Source of the DNA: an uncultured Gemmatimonadales bacterium | Lineage (GTDB): Bacteria; Gemmatimonadota; Gemmatimonadetes; Gemmatimonadales; Gemmatimonadaceae | DNA: 64,000 bases | Assembly (NCBI GenBank): GCA_963850905.1 | Contig: CAWKMU010000003.1 | Coordinates: 2,240,001-2,304,000 of the forward strand | Reading direction: 5' to 3' | Shown here: one piece after another, positions 10,383-20,511 of the stretch | Layout: the number at the start of each line of letters is the position of its first letter | Position numbering within the stretch: position 1 is the first letter of the stretch | The notes under the pieces: model-generated | What the model was told of the DNA's origin: nothing | The model's input: the letters and a program-made list of their open reading frames with translations, nothing else | Database searches by the model: none | Made by a program: the position numbers and the translations under genes

Positions 10383-12848
10383 TCAGTTCACGGGCGGGCG
10401 ACCGCTGGCCGACTGAGCCGGAGCGCCTTTCACGTACAGGTCCAGCCAGCGCACCATCTCCCACAGGGTGTGGCCGACACTCTCGCGCGCACGGTAGCCG
10501 TGGGCCTCTGCCGGCAACATGACCAGCCGCGTCGTCCCTCCATTGCCAGCCAGAGCCGCATAGAATCGCTCAGACTGGACCGGAAAGGTGCCCGTATTGT
10601 CATCGGCCTCTCCGTGTATCAACAGCAACGGCGCCGACAGGCTGTCGGCGTAGGTGAAGGGTGACATCCGCATGTAGGTATCCCGCGCCTGCCAGAAAAG
10701 CCGCTCTTCCGCCTGGAACCCGAATGGCGTGAGCGTGCGGTTGTACGCCCCGCTGCGCGCGATCCCGGCACGGAACAGTTTGGAATGCACGAGGAGGTTG
10801 GCGGTCATGAACGCACCGTAGGAGTGGCCGCCGACACCGATTCGAGAGCGGTCCGCGACGCCCATCGATACGATCTTGTCGATGGCCGCCTGCGCACTCG
10901 ACACCAATTGCTGAACGTACGTGTCGTTCGGCTCGTGATCGCCCTCCCCGATAATCGGCATCGTCGGGCCATCCAGCACGCCGTACCCCTGCGTCACCAG
11001 AAAGAGCTCCGATGGACCCGTTGGACGCACGAAACTGTAGGGAGAGCCCACGACCTGGGCTGCAGCCGCGGCGGTCTTGAACTCCTGCGGATACGCCCAG
11101 AGCAGGAACGGGAGCGGCCCCTGTGCGGGCGTGTACCCGGCCGGCAGGTAGAGTGTGGCCGAGAGCAACACGCCATCGGATCGCGTGTAGGTGATGAGCT
11201 GCTTCGAGACCCCGGCAAATTGGGGGGCAGGATCAACGAACTGCGTCAACTGATGGAGCGCCCCACCGGGCAGCTCCCGCACGAAATACTGCGGCACGTC
11301 ACGCACCGACTCGCGGCGCGTCAGCGCGCGCCGCCCAGCGGCGTCGAGCACGCGCACGACGTATTCGTAGTACGGGGCCGACGACCGCCACAGGCGTATC
11401 GTGTGGCCCGTCGACAGATCGATTCGATCGAGGAATGGCTGGTCTCCCTGGGGCGACGCGCCCGCTCCCGTGAGGTATGCCGATCGACCGTCCTGTGTGG
11501 TCAACAGAACCGCCTCACCGAACGACCCACCCGTCGTCACGAAGGCACCGGGGTCGCCGTACCGGTCCTCGTACGACCGGTCAAACACCAGACGCGGAGC
11601 GGTAGCTGGCTGCGCCGGCTGGATCGCCCACGTCCGGGCGCGACGGGTCTTCCACCACCGCTCGGTTACGACCGCGAGGTCGTCCCGCGACCAGACCACG
11701 TCGACGACACGATAGCCGAAGCCCCCGATCGCGACCGGTGCCGAGAACGGGGCGATCGATTGGAAGAGGCGATCACGAACGTTGTCCACCACCGCAGCGT
11801 TGGGGTCTCCACGGTCGTTCGCCTCGACCCAGGTAAGAACGGCTGGTTGGTCGGTCCGCCACGCGACGTGGCGCGGGCCGGTAGGCACCGCATCGAATGA
11901 GATGGGGACCGACTCCTGGAGCGGTACATTGGCGATGCGCGCGACGCTGGTGCCGGTGCCTGCGTCCCACACGTCTATGCGAGTGGGAAAACGGGAGCGC
12001 GGTACGTGATACGAGTACGGGCGGTGCACGGACTCGACGAGCACATATCGACCGTCGGGGGACGGCGCGCTGGAGACAATTACCGCCGCCGACCCCAGTG
12101 GTGACACGGCCCCGGTGAGGGAGACCCGAGCGAGCTGGGAGCGATAGTAGTAGTCGAAGGTGGCCTCATCGTCCGCGTTGGCGAGCAAATCCTCATACGT
12201 CGGATTGGGAATGGCCTTCCCGCTGGATTGTTCGATCGTCGGGCCGGTTGGCGTCGCGGCCGGTTGCGGTGGCTCACCTCCGTCCGTCGGCCGAAACCGG
12301 CACACCAGTCCTTGATCGCCGGGCAGCCACCCACACGGAGGTCCAGCGGCCGCGTTGAGCGGCTGCGACGTCAGCTGGTGCGCAGCACCCGTGGCGACAT
12401 CGGCCACCCAGATCGTGAGGGCGCCATCTGCACCCTCGAGCGTCGCAGCAATGTGCCGTGCATCGGCGGACCACCAGACATGGTGAATCCGTGCGCCGGA
12501 TGGCAGCTCGACGCGGCGTCCTGCGTCGCCCGCGACGGATTGCAGGCGGAGGCCGGTGAGTGTCGCGTGACGCGGGTCATCGCTTGTCCGGGGATTGATG
12601 CGATCGCCTGCGAGTCGCAGCACCGGCGCAGCCACTTCCGCGATCGAGGGGAGTGCCGGGCGCTCGAGCAGCAGCAGCCAATGGCCGTCAGGACTGGGCT
12701 CGACGGCCGGCACCGGCGGCGCGTCCAGCATTTGGGCAATCGGGGCCGGAGGCTGTTGGTACGGCGTCTGGGCCGGCAGCTCCCTCCACAGACCAACGAT
12801 GCCAAAGACGAGTGCCGCGTGCCGTGCCGACGCAGGGAGTCCCGCCAT
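10383..12848 (-). CDS. S9-family (prolyl oligopeptidase/glutamyl endopeptidase-like) serine peptidase
   Basis: GGHSYG nucleophile elbow, ARSGAYNRTLTPFGFQ, IHGEADDN and EAHGY; beta-propeller-like N-terminus. Confidence 0.92.
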   Translation of the reverse strand: MAGLPASARHAALVFGIVGLWRELPAQTPYQQPPAPIAQMLDAPPVPAVEPSPDGHWLLLLERPALPSIAEVAAPVLRLAGDRINPRTSDDPRHATLTGLRLQSVAGDAGRRVELPSGARIHHVWWSADARHIAATLEGADGALTIWVADVATGAAHQLTSQPLNAAAGPPCGWLPGDQGLVCRFRPTDGGEPPQPAATPTGPTIEQSSGKAIPNPTYEDLLANADDEATFDYYYRSQLARVSLTGAVSPLGSAAVIVSSAPSPDGRYVLVESVHRPYSYHVPRSRFPTRIDVWDAGTGTSVARIANVPLQESVPISFDAVPTGPRHVAWRTDQPAVLTWVEANDRGDPNAAVVDNVRDRLFQSIAPFSAPVAIGGFGYRVVDVVWSRDDLAVVTERWWKTRRARTWAIQPAQPATAPRLVFDRSYEDRYGDPGAFVTTGGSFGEAVLLTTQDGRSAYLTGAGASPQGDQPFLDRIDLSTGHTIRLWRSSAPYYEYVVRVLDAAGRRALTRRESVRDVPQYFVRELPGGALHQLTQFVDPAPQFAGVSKQLITYTRSDGVLLSATLYLPAGYTPAQGPLPFLLWAYPQEFKTAAAAAQVVGSPYSFVRPTGPSELFLVTQGYGVLDGPTMPIIGEGDHEPNDTYVQQLVSSAQAAIDKIVSMGVADRSRIGVGGHSYGAFMTANLLVHSKLFRAGIARSGAYNRTLTPFGFQAEERLFWQARDTYMRMSPFTYADSLSAPLLLIHGEADDNTGTFPVQSERFYAALAGNGGTTRLVMLPAEAHGYRARESVGHTLWEMVRWLDLYVKGAPAQSASGRPPVN

Positions 12849-13018
12849 AGAATCTCCGAAGAATGGACTACGTGGTATCGTAGCCCCGACGTGCGAAGCC
12901 GGCGAGTCCCGCCCAGGGCGTACCCGTTCCACCGGGCTTCGCTGTAGTTTGGTTCACTGCACGATACTACCGATTTGACCGCGGTGTGGCTCGCGGACGC
13001 ATCCCACCAACCAGTGAC

Positions 13019-13972
13019 ATGTCCGATTCCTTCACGCTTGCCGATATCGAAGCCGCTCGGGTCCGCGTGGCGCCGTTCGTCCACCGCACGCCGCTGACCC
13101 GCAATCGCACCTTGAGCGAACGACTCGGGACGAACCTCTACCTCAAGGCAGAAGTCTTCCAGAAGACCGGATCCTTCAAGGTGCGCGGAGCGTTCAACAC
13201 GATGTTGAGCCTCGGGCCCGAAGCCCGGGAGCGCGGCGTCGTCGCCATGAGTGGTGGCAATCATGCGCAGGCCGTCGCTTACGCCGCACACGCGCTCGGC
13301 GTTCGCGCGCTCATCTTCATACCCGAAGCGACCCCGAAGAACTACGTGCGCGCGACGCAGGGTTATGGCGCCGAGGTGTGCATCGTGCCGACGCCGGCCG
13401 ATGGCTTCCGCGAGATGTACGAACACGGCGAGCGAGGCTGGATCGTGGTGCACCCGTTCGATGATCCGCTCGTCATGGCGGGGCAGGGAACGGTCGGACT
13501 CGAGATCGTCGATGATGTACCCGCCGTCACCGATGTATTCGTGAGCATTGGGGGCGGGGGGCTCATGGGTGGCGTCTCGACGGCGGTGAAGTCCCTCCGT
13601 CCTGGCGCGCGAGTCTGGGGAGTGGAGACAGAGGGCGCGGACTGCATGGCGCAGGCACTGGCCGCCGGCACCGTTGTCACCCTGACGGCGATCACGTCGA
13701 TCGCTCGGACGCTGGGAGCGCCTGCGGCGTCCGAAGCGACGCTGGCACTGGCTCGCAAGTACCTCGAATCGGTGACCGTCGTCAGCGATGCCGAAGCGAT
13801 GGTGGCGTTGCGTCTCTTGCTGGAGCGGACCAAGATCTTGACCGAACCTGCGGCATCGTGCACTCTTGCCGCGGCTGAGCGGCTGCGATCCCGCTTTGGC
13901 CCCGACGAGCATGTGGTCTTGGTGCTTTGCGGTGGCAACCTGGCCCTGGACGACCTGTGCCGGCTTGCCTGA
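13019..13972 (+). CDS. PLP-dependent threonine/serine dehydratase (serine racemase-like), catalytic domain only
   Basis: KAEVFQKTGSFKVRG, SGGNHAQ, HPFDD, GQGTVGLE, GGGGL, EPAA and CGGN motifs. Confidence 0.9.
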   Translation: MSDSFTLADIEAARVRVAPFVHRTPLTRNRTLSERLGTNLYLKAEVFQKTGSFKVRGAFNTMLSLGPEARERGVVAMSGGNHAQAVAYAAHALGVRALIFIPEATPKNYVRATQGYGAEVCIVPTPADGFREMYEHGERGWIVVHPFDDPLVMAGQGTVGLEIVDDVPAVTDVFVSIGGGGLMGGVSTAVKSLRPGARVWGVETEGADCMAQALAAGTVVTLTAITSIARTLGAPAASEATLALARKYLESVTVVSDAEAMVALRLLLERTKILTEPAASCTLAAAERLRSRFGPDEHVVLVLCGGNLALDDLCRLA

Positions 13973-14019
13973 TGCTGAGCAGGTGTGTGACGAGGGGGCG
14001 CGCCCCTCCGTCCTAGTCA

Positions 14020-14373
14020 ATGTCCAATGATGCCACCGGGGATCCAACCGTGAGCGCCCCACAGACCCCCTCCGAAGGCGGGTCGGCGCCGGAGCGCCGG
14101 AGCGGCTCGAGTCGCCGGAGTGCGCCAGAGCGGCGGGTGGTGACGATGGCCCCGTCGCCGTGGCGGCGGCGGAAGCGCATCCGGCCGTGGATCTTCCTCA
14201 GCAACACGACGAACGTGCTCATGATCCTGGCCTTCACCGGGCTCGTGGCGTTCGCGTGCTGGGAAGCCGAGGCGCGCGACAGCGCACACAAGCCGCGGGT
14301 ATACCACGCCCGGGTGCGTCCAGGCACCTCGGTGCTGCCATTGCCAGAGGCGCCGGAGCCCGCCAAGCAGTAG
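14020..14373 (+). CDS. Small hypothetical single-pass membrane protein
   Basis: Fills the gap between two + strand genes; basic stretch followed by a hydrophobic segment (VLMILAFTGLVAFACW). Confidence 0.5.
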   Translation: MSNDATGDPTVSAPQTPSEGGSAPERRSGSSRRSAPERRVVTMAPSPWRRRKRIRPWIFLSNTTNVLMILAFTGLVAFACWEAEARDSAHKPRVYHARVRPGTSVLPLPEAPEPAKQ

Positions 14374-14426
14374 GGGAGCGGCGCGTTCGGCCTGGACAAC
14401 TCCTGAGCCGCAGTCATGATTACCGC

Positions 14427-15384
14427 ATGCCACGCACCGATGAGGCGCCGTGCGCGATCGGCCGGCGCGGATTCCTGCATTGGCTCGCCGGTGCGACTGT
14501 CGTCGGTGTTGCCGCCCCCGTTGCCTCGCCGCTGGATCTGCTCACTAACGGCCCGGGCTTCACGCGGTCGGCGGTAGAGGGCGACGCATCGCGTCGCCCC
14601 TACACCGATCACGCGCCGAAGGGTTCGTCGATGCGCGTCCGCACGCTCGGACGCATTGGCATCCAGGTGTACACGGTGCGACGCCTCATGCCGCAGGATC
14701 CCGACGGGACGCTGGCCGCACTCGCCGCGATTGGCTACACCGAAGTCGAGTTGGCCGGGTTGTACGGCAATACGCCTTCAGCGATGCGACAGATGCTCGA
14801 TCGACACGGACTCGCCGCGGTGTCCGGGCATCTCGTCACTCACCGACATGCGGCGCGACTGGCCTCGATCGCTCGACGATGCGGCAACGCTCGGCCAGCA
14901 CTACATCGTCTGCTCATTGTTCGCGGAGTCGGAGCGGTCGATAGACGCTTTCCATCGCAACGCGCACGAGATGAACGAGCTCGCGGCGATCGCTCGACAG
15001 CATGGCATCCAGTTCGGCTACCACAACCACATGTACGAGTTTGCGCCGGTCTCCGGTGTCGTGCCTTACGACATCCTCCTCACGGAATGCGACCCCCATC
15101 TGGTCCAGATGGAGGCCGATCTCATGTGGATGACGAAAGGCGGTGGCGACCCGGTCGCGTACTTCAATCGGTATCCCGGCCGGTTTCCCATGGTGCACGT
15201 CAAAGACATGACGAAGGACGGCACGATGGTCGACGTCGGGCAAGGCTCTATCGACTTCGCACGCATCTTCGCACAATCGGATCTCGCCGGCATCAAGCAC
15301 TATTTCGTGGAGCACGACGAGCCACCGAACCCGATTGCGGACGCTCGACGATGCTACGATTATCTGCGCCACCTGACATTTTGA
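14427..15384 (+). pseudogene. Tat-exported sugar phosphate isomerase/epimerase (xylose-isomerase-like TIM barrel), interrupted by a +1 frameshift near 14832-14841
   Basis: Frame A: GRRGFL Tat motif, GIQVYTVR, IGYTEVE, VSGH. Frame B (ORF 14656-15384): FGYHNH, MEADLMW, VHVKD, GQGSIDF, YFVEHD. May be a sequencing indel. Confidence 0.8.
14574..14603. repeat. GTAG-family REP palindrome within coding sequence
   Basis: GTAGAGGGCGACGCATCGCGTCGCCCCTAC matches the REP copies at 16694, 20460, 56664 and 58408. Confidence 0.8.
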
Positions 15385-15457
15385 GGTCGGCGGCGGGATT
15401 GCCGTCCAACCGCGCGCGCCAGGAAGTCGGGCGCATGCGCGATCCCGAGGAGAGTCG

Positions 15458-16672
15458 ATGAGCGTCGTGCGCGTGAAACTGTCGACGATGATGTTCCTGG
15501 AGTACTTCATCTGGGGAGTCTGGTCCGTCACGCTCGGCACGTACCTGGGACACACGCTCAACTTCCGGGGCACCCAGATCGGGTTCGCGGCGGGCGCGGT
15601 GGCGGTCGGCGCGGTGGTGTCGCCGTTTTTCGTGGGGATGGTCGCCGATCGATTCTTCGCGACCGAACGGGTGCTGGCGGTGCTGCACCTCGTGGGAGGG
15701 GCACTGCTCTTCCTCGCCTCGTCGCTCACCAGTTTCGTCCCGTTTTATCTCGCGCTGGTCGGCTACGCGCTGTGTTACATGCCTACATTGGCGCTGACCA
15801 ACTCACTCTCGTTCGACCACCTCGAGGACCCCGCCCGCCAGTTCCCCGCGATTCGGGTGTTGGGCACGATTGGCTGGATCGTCGCGGGTCTCATCGTCGG
15901 GCAGCTCCAACTCGAAGCCACGGCGACCCCACTGCGTCTCGGCGCGGCGGCTTCCGTGTTACTGGGGGTCTGTGCGTTCGCCCTGCCGCACTCGCCGCCG
16001 CATGCCGCAGGCAAGCCGTTCAGCGTTCGCGACGCACTGGGCCTCGACGCGCTCGCGCTCATGCGAGACCGGTCATTCGCGACGTTTCTGATCGGATCGT
16101 TTCTCGTCTGTATCCCGCTGCAGTTCTACTACGCATTCACCAACCTGTATCTCAACGAGATCGGGCTGCCTGAGCCGGCCAGCAAGATGACGCTCGGCCA
16201 GGGATCGGAAGTCGCGTTCATGCTCTTGCTGCCGTGGTGCTTGGCGCGACTCGGCGTCAAGCGCATCCTCCTCATCGGTATGGCGGCGTGGGCTCTGCGC
16301 TTTCTCGCCTTCTCTGGCGGCAACCCCGGCCCGCTCATGTGGATGCTGTACGCCGGGATTCTGCTGCACGGCGTGTGCTACGACTTCTTTTTCGTGACGG
16401 GTCAGATCTACGTCGACCAACGCGCCAGTGTGCAGATCCGCGCGGCCGCGCAGGGGCTACTGGCCTTCGTCACGTTCGGCGCGGGCTGGTTCATTGGTTC
16501 GTGGCTCGCGGGCCGTGTGGTCGATGCCTATCGGACCCCGACCGGCCACGATTGGCACGCGATCTGGCTCGTACCCGCCGCTATCGCCGGGACGATCCTC
16601 ATCGCATTCGCGGTCCTGTTCCAAACCACCGCGCGACAAACGACGGCGGAGGCTGCCGTAACGGTCACCTGA
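15458..16672 (+). CDS. Nucleoside:H+ symporter-like MFS permease (NupG/XapB/YegT family)
   Basis: [42 protein letters not shown] and [16 protein letters not shown] motifs; ~12 hydrophobic segments. Confidence 0.92.
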   Translation: MSVVRVKLSTMMFLEYFIWGVWSVTLGTYLGHTLNFRGTQIGFAAGAVAVGAVVSPFFVGMVADRFFATERVLAVLHLVGGALLFLASSLTSFVPFYLALVGYALCYMPTLALTNSLSFDHLEDPARQFPAIRVLGTIGWIVAGLIVGQLQLEATATPLRLGAAASVLLGVCAFALPHSPPHAAGKPFSVRDALGLDALALMRDRSFATFLIGSFLVCIPLQFYYAFTNLYLNEIGLPEPASKMTLGQGSEVAFMLLLPWCLARLGVKRILLIGMAAWALRFLAFSGGNPGPLMWMLYAGILLHGVCYDFFFVTGQIYVDQRASVQIRAAAQGLLAFVTFGAGWFIGSWLAGRVVDAYRTPTGHDWHAIWLVPAAIAGTILIAFAVLFQTTARQTTAEAAVTVT

Positions 16673-16693
16673 CTTTGTGCGGACCGAGATGGA

Positions 16694-16781
16694 GGGCGAC
16701 GCAAAGCGTCGCCCCTACCGGTCCAAAGCCGGTTTGTCGTGGTCTACGTTCTACTTTCTGTGGTTCTACTCTCTCGGGCGC
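16694..16781. repeat. Left copy of ~88-bp inverted repeat (REP at 16694-16718 plus tail)
   Basis: Manual alignment to the reverse complement of 20398-20484 gives about 8 mismatches and 1 gap. Confidence 0.88.
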
Positions 16782-18034
16782 TGCAGCGCCCGCGGCCAGC
16801 GCCATTCTCCGCGGGCAACCTGCGGGACGAAGCTGTCGAGTCCGGGCGGGGGGAAGGACAACGTCCGCTCGTGCTCGGCGCTCATGTAAGCACACATGAG
16901 CAGACGCACGACGTCGACGCCTTCGTCGAAGGTGTACGCTGGACGCGTCCCCTGAAGAAACGCCTGCACGAAATGCCGGTTCTCGGCTTCATAGCCGTAC
17001 GCCGCCGCCTCGCCCGCGACCACCGGCATGAGGCCCACTTCGGCGTTCTGCTTCTCGACGAGGTCCTCGCCGCTCTTTCCACGGACCTCGCGGCTGAAAA
17101 AGAGCTTGAGCCCCGCGTCGAGCGTGTTCCACGACATCGAGTATTCCGGGCCGAACAGCTCGGCCGAGAGGCGGAGCCCCGCGCCAACGAAACTCCATGA
17201 CGTCGTCGCCTCGCCCAGCACATGACGGCCGTCGGAGTCGACGAACTCCACCATCATGCTGGCGAAGTCCTCGGAAGGCGCCTTCGCGTAATCCACCTCG
17301 CGGCCCATGGTCGTGGCGAGTCGGCGTGCATACTCGGGCTGCGACCACTTGAGGCTCGCGATGTGGGCGGTGACGCGCACGGGTCGGATTGTGCTGACCA
17401 ATTGCCCGGGCTCCGTGAGCAGATGGCGCACGAGCAACGCAGAGTGGCACATCATGTCGTTGAGCACCCCGCCGCCCTGCAACCGTCCCTGCCAGAACCA
17501 CGGGCTGTGCGGACCACCGTGCTCCTCGGCGGCTCGGGCGAGATACGGGCGGCCGGTGAGCCGGGCCCCGCGCGCCCAGGTAATGGTGCGTCCGTGCTCG
17601 ACTTGCGGCGCGAACACCTGGTTCTCCAGATACCCGTGGTTCAACCCAGCCCCCGTCACCAGCTCGGCCACACGCTGTGCTTCGGCGACAGTCCGGGCCA
17701 AAGGCTTCTCACACGCGATGCCGAGGAGCTGACCGCGGCCGCGCCCGAGCGCGTCGACGATCTCCTCCACGTTCTCGACGCGGGAGAAGTTCGGTCCACA
17801 TAGCCAGATCGCATCGATCGCGGGGTCCGCGACGAGGTCGCCGATCGACTTGACCGGGCGGGCCTGCCCGACACCGAGCGTGCCAGCCAGTGCGGCCGTT
17901 TCAGCGGCGCGCTCGGCGTGCGGGCTCCACACGCCAACGACGTCCGCGTCGCGCACCCCGACGAATCCGTGCAGGTGAAACTTCGCGTTGAACCCACTGC
18001 CGATCAGACCGATGCCGAGTCGCCGGGCTGCCAT
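16766..18034 (-). CDS. Gfo/Idh/MocA-family NAD(P)-dependent oxidoreductase
   Basis: GLIGSGF Rossmann start, ACEKPLA, and GGGVLNDMMCH motif. Confidence 0.9.
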   Translation of the reverse strand: MAARRLGIGLIGSGFNAKFHLHGFVGVRDADVVGVWSPHAERAAETAALAGTLGVGQARPVKSIGDLVADPAIDAIWLCGPNFSRVENVEEIVDALGRGRGQLLGIACEKPLARTVAEAQRVAELVTGAGLNHGYLENQVFAPQVEHGRTITWARGARLTGRPYLARAAEEHGGPHSPWFWQGRLQGGGVLNDMMCHSALLVRHLLTEPGQLVSTIRPVRVTAHIASLKWSQPEYARRLATTMGREVDYAKAPSEDFASMMVEFVDSDGRHVLGEATTSWSFVGAGLRLSAELFGPEYSMSWNTLDAGLKLFFSREVRGKSGEDLVEKQNAEVGLMPVVAGEAAAYGYEAENRHFVQAFLQGTRPAYTFDEGVDVVRLLMCAYMSAEHERTLSFPPPGLDSFVPQVARGEWRWPRALQRPRE

Positions 18035-18080
18035 TGATGGGAGGAGAGAGACCGAGTGGGGTGCGTGGTGCCGGTGATGA

Positions 18081-18668
18081 TCAGTAACTGACGCCCAGCT
18101 TGTCCAGAGCGGCCTGCGGACACCCCGTCCACTCGTGGACAGCCGTGTTGCCCAGATACCGCAGGTCCGCCACGCCCATTGGGCTGCTCCAGAAGCCGGA
18201 CGCCGTCAGATCGCGGAAGTGCGTGAAGAAGGCCACTCCCTGGCTCATCTCGGGGCGCCCCCGCTCGGGCCACGCGATCGCGTCCAGGGTACGCGCGCGA
18301 TCCGCCGCTGCGCAATCCGCGAACGCTGCCCTGAACGTGGCGTGGCAGTAGGTATCCAGCCAGCGCAACCCACCCCGGATTGGCGTTTGGAGATCGGCGC
18401 GATCGACCACGATGAAATCCAGGAACTCGGGCACGCCCGCGTCGGTGGCGCTGCCAGACCGTTCATCCCGCGGAATCACATAGTCGGCGAGCATCCGGAC
18501 CGTGCGCCATTCGTGCGGGGTGAAGAATCGCGGCGTGGCGGGCGGCACCAGCGCTCGGGTGAAGTAATGCCGGGCGCGTTCGACCAGGGCCGCCCGATCG
18601 AGCACGCCAACGGGAAGCACGGCCAACGCAGCGAGCGCCTCACGGCGCGTGACCATGGAGTCGCTCAT
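18081..18668 (-). CDS. Gluconate 2-dehydrogenase subunit 3-family protein (Tat-like signal)
   Basis: TRREAL N-terminus, FFTPHE, IPRD.RSGSATDAGVPEFLD, FF..FRDLT.SGFWSS..G...L.Y.GN; coupled to the GMC gene. Confidence 0.88.
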   Translation of the reverse strand: MSDSMVTRREALAALAVLPVGVLDRAALVERARHYFTRALVPPATPRFFTPHEWRTVRMLADYVIPRDERSGSATDAGVPEFLDFIVVDRADLQTPIRGGLRWLDTYCHATFRAAFADCAAADRARTLDAIAWPERGRPEMSQGVAFFTHFRDLTASGFWSSPMGVADLRYLGNTAVHEWTGCPQAALDKLGVSY

Positions 18669-20366
18669 ATCGCCCGGGCACGGCGCTGCGCCGTGATGTA
18701 ATCGCTGGTACGCATCGCGAGAGCCAGTATCGTCCAGGTCGGGTTCTTATCGGCTTGGGAGACAAACGGCCCGCCGTCCGCCACAAATAGATTCTTCACG
18801 TCGTGAGCTTGACACCATCCATTGACCGCCGATTGCGTCGCGTTAGCGCCCATGCGCGTCGTACCGAGCTCGTGGATGATGCGGCCGCCGGCGGCAATCC
18901 CGTACCCGTCCTCGGCGGAGGGCATTGGATCGAAGACCGTGCCGCCCATCTCTGTCGATGATCGCTCGACAGGTCTCCTGCATGTGCTTCACCTGCTTGT
19001 ACTCATAATCGCTCCACTGCCAGTGGAAGCGTAGGACGGGGATGCCCCATCGATCGACCATGGCCGGATCGAGCTCACAGTACGAGTCGGCGTTCGGGAT
19101 CATCTCGCCCCTCCCGGAGAAGCCGACGACCGTGCCGTAGTAATGGCGATAGTCCTGTTTGAGGGTGGCGCCATATCCGCCCGAGCCGAAGCGTTCGATC
19201 CCCGACATGAAGCCGTAGGCCGGCGCGTGCAGCCCGCCCCACGGCTCGATGTGATAGCCGCGCGGAAAATCGAGCGTCTTGTTGTCGACCCACCACGGCA
19301 TGTAGATGTGCATGCCGCCGACGCCGTCCTCGTTGTGCGGCACGTGGTCGGCCAGCCGCGGAACGAAGCCTTCCACGTCCGTGCCAGTGGTGTCCGTGAG
19401 GTATCGGCCGACCACCCCGCTCGTGTTGGCCAACCCGTTCGGGAACCGCGAGGACTTGGAGTTGAGCAGCAAGCGAGCCGACTCGCAGGCGCTCGCAGCG
19501 AGTACGACGACGTCCGCCATGACATGCTCGTCGCGTCCGGTCTGCTTGTCGATGTACGCGACACCGGTCGCGCGTCCACTCGCGTCCGTCGTCACCTCGC
19601 GCGCCATCGCGTTGGTCAACAATGTCAATCGTCCGGTTTGACTCGCAGGATCGATGAGGACGCCAGGGCTGGAGAAATTGGAATTCGTCTTGCACCCGCG
19701 AGAGCATTGCGCGCAGTAGTGACAGGCGGCCCGCCCGTTCAGTGGACGGGTCAGAATCGACAATCGGGACGGCAGGCACCGCACGCCCAATGTGCCACAC
19801 GCCTGCTTGATGAGCAGCTCGAAGCACCGTGGTCGAGGCGCCGGCAAGAACAGGCCGTCGGGATCGTTGGGCAACCCCTCGTTGCTGCCAAAGACGCCGA
19901 TCAGCTGATCGATCTGGTCGTAGTACGGTTTGAGATCGTCGTACCCGATCGGCCAATCGTCTCCGAGACCATCGAGACTCTTCCGCCGGAAGTCGTCCGG
20001 CCCGAAGCGAAGCGAGATGCGCCCCCAGTGATTCGTGCGGCCGCCGAGCATCCGCGCGCGCCACCAATCGAACTGCTGACCGGCAGCGACGGTGTATGGC
20101 TCGCCGTCGAGGCTCCAGCCCCCAATGCATGCATCGAACTCACCGAACGGTCGCGTGGGTGTCGAGGCGCCGCGCCGGGGTGACTGGTACGGCCACTCGA
20201 ACATCGCGCCGTTGACGATCGCGTTCCAATACGGCCCGGCCTCGAGCAGCACGACGCGCGCGCCAGCCTTGGTCAGCGCGTACGCCGCCATGCCGCCGCC
20301 TGCGCCGGAGCCGACGATGGCGACATCGTACTGCAATCGTCGCGGTTGAAGATTGGCAGACTCCAT
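18665..20366 (-). pseudogene. GMC-family FAD oxidoreductase (glycoside 3-dehydrogenase-like), +1 frameshift near 18953
   Basis: GSGAGG FAD motif, LGGRTNHW, CHYCAQCSRGC, ESARLLLNS. The C-terminal HELGTTRMG/NLFVADG/NPT block is in another frame (ORF 18665-18949). Junction reads ATC GAC A GAG ATG. Confidence 0.85.
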
Positions 20367-20397
20367 GGACGTAGATTATACGGGCGACGGGCGCTTC

Positions 20398-20484
20398 GCG
20401 CCCGAGAAAGCAGACCGACAGAAAGTAGAAAGTAGACCGCGACAACCGGCCTTGGACCGGTAGGGGCGACGCATTGCGTCGCCC
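20398..20484. repeat. Right copy of ~88-bp inverted repeat (REP GTAGGGGCGACGCATTGCGTCGCCC at 20460-20484)
   Basis: Reverse complement of 16694-16781; contains TAGAAAG heptamers. Confidence 0.88.
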
Positions 20485-20511
20485 GAACGAAGGGCACAGG
20501 AGAATCGGGCA

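Noticed and set aside
13992..14008. GAGGGGGCGCGCCCCTC hairpin as a REP or terminator
   Set aside because: It is short, lacks the GTAG and GCGACGC core, and has no U tract.
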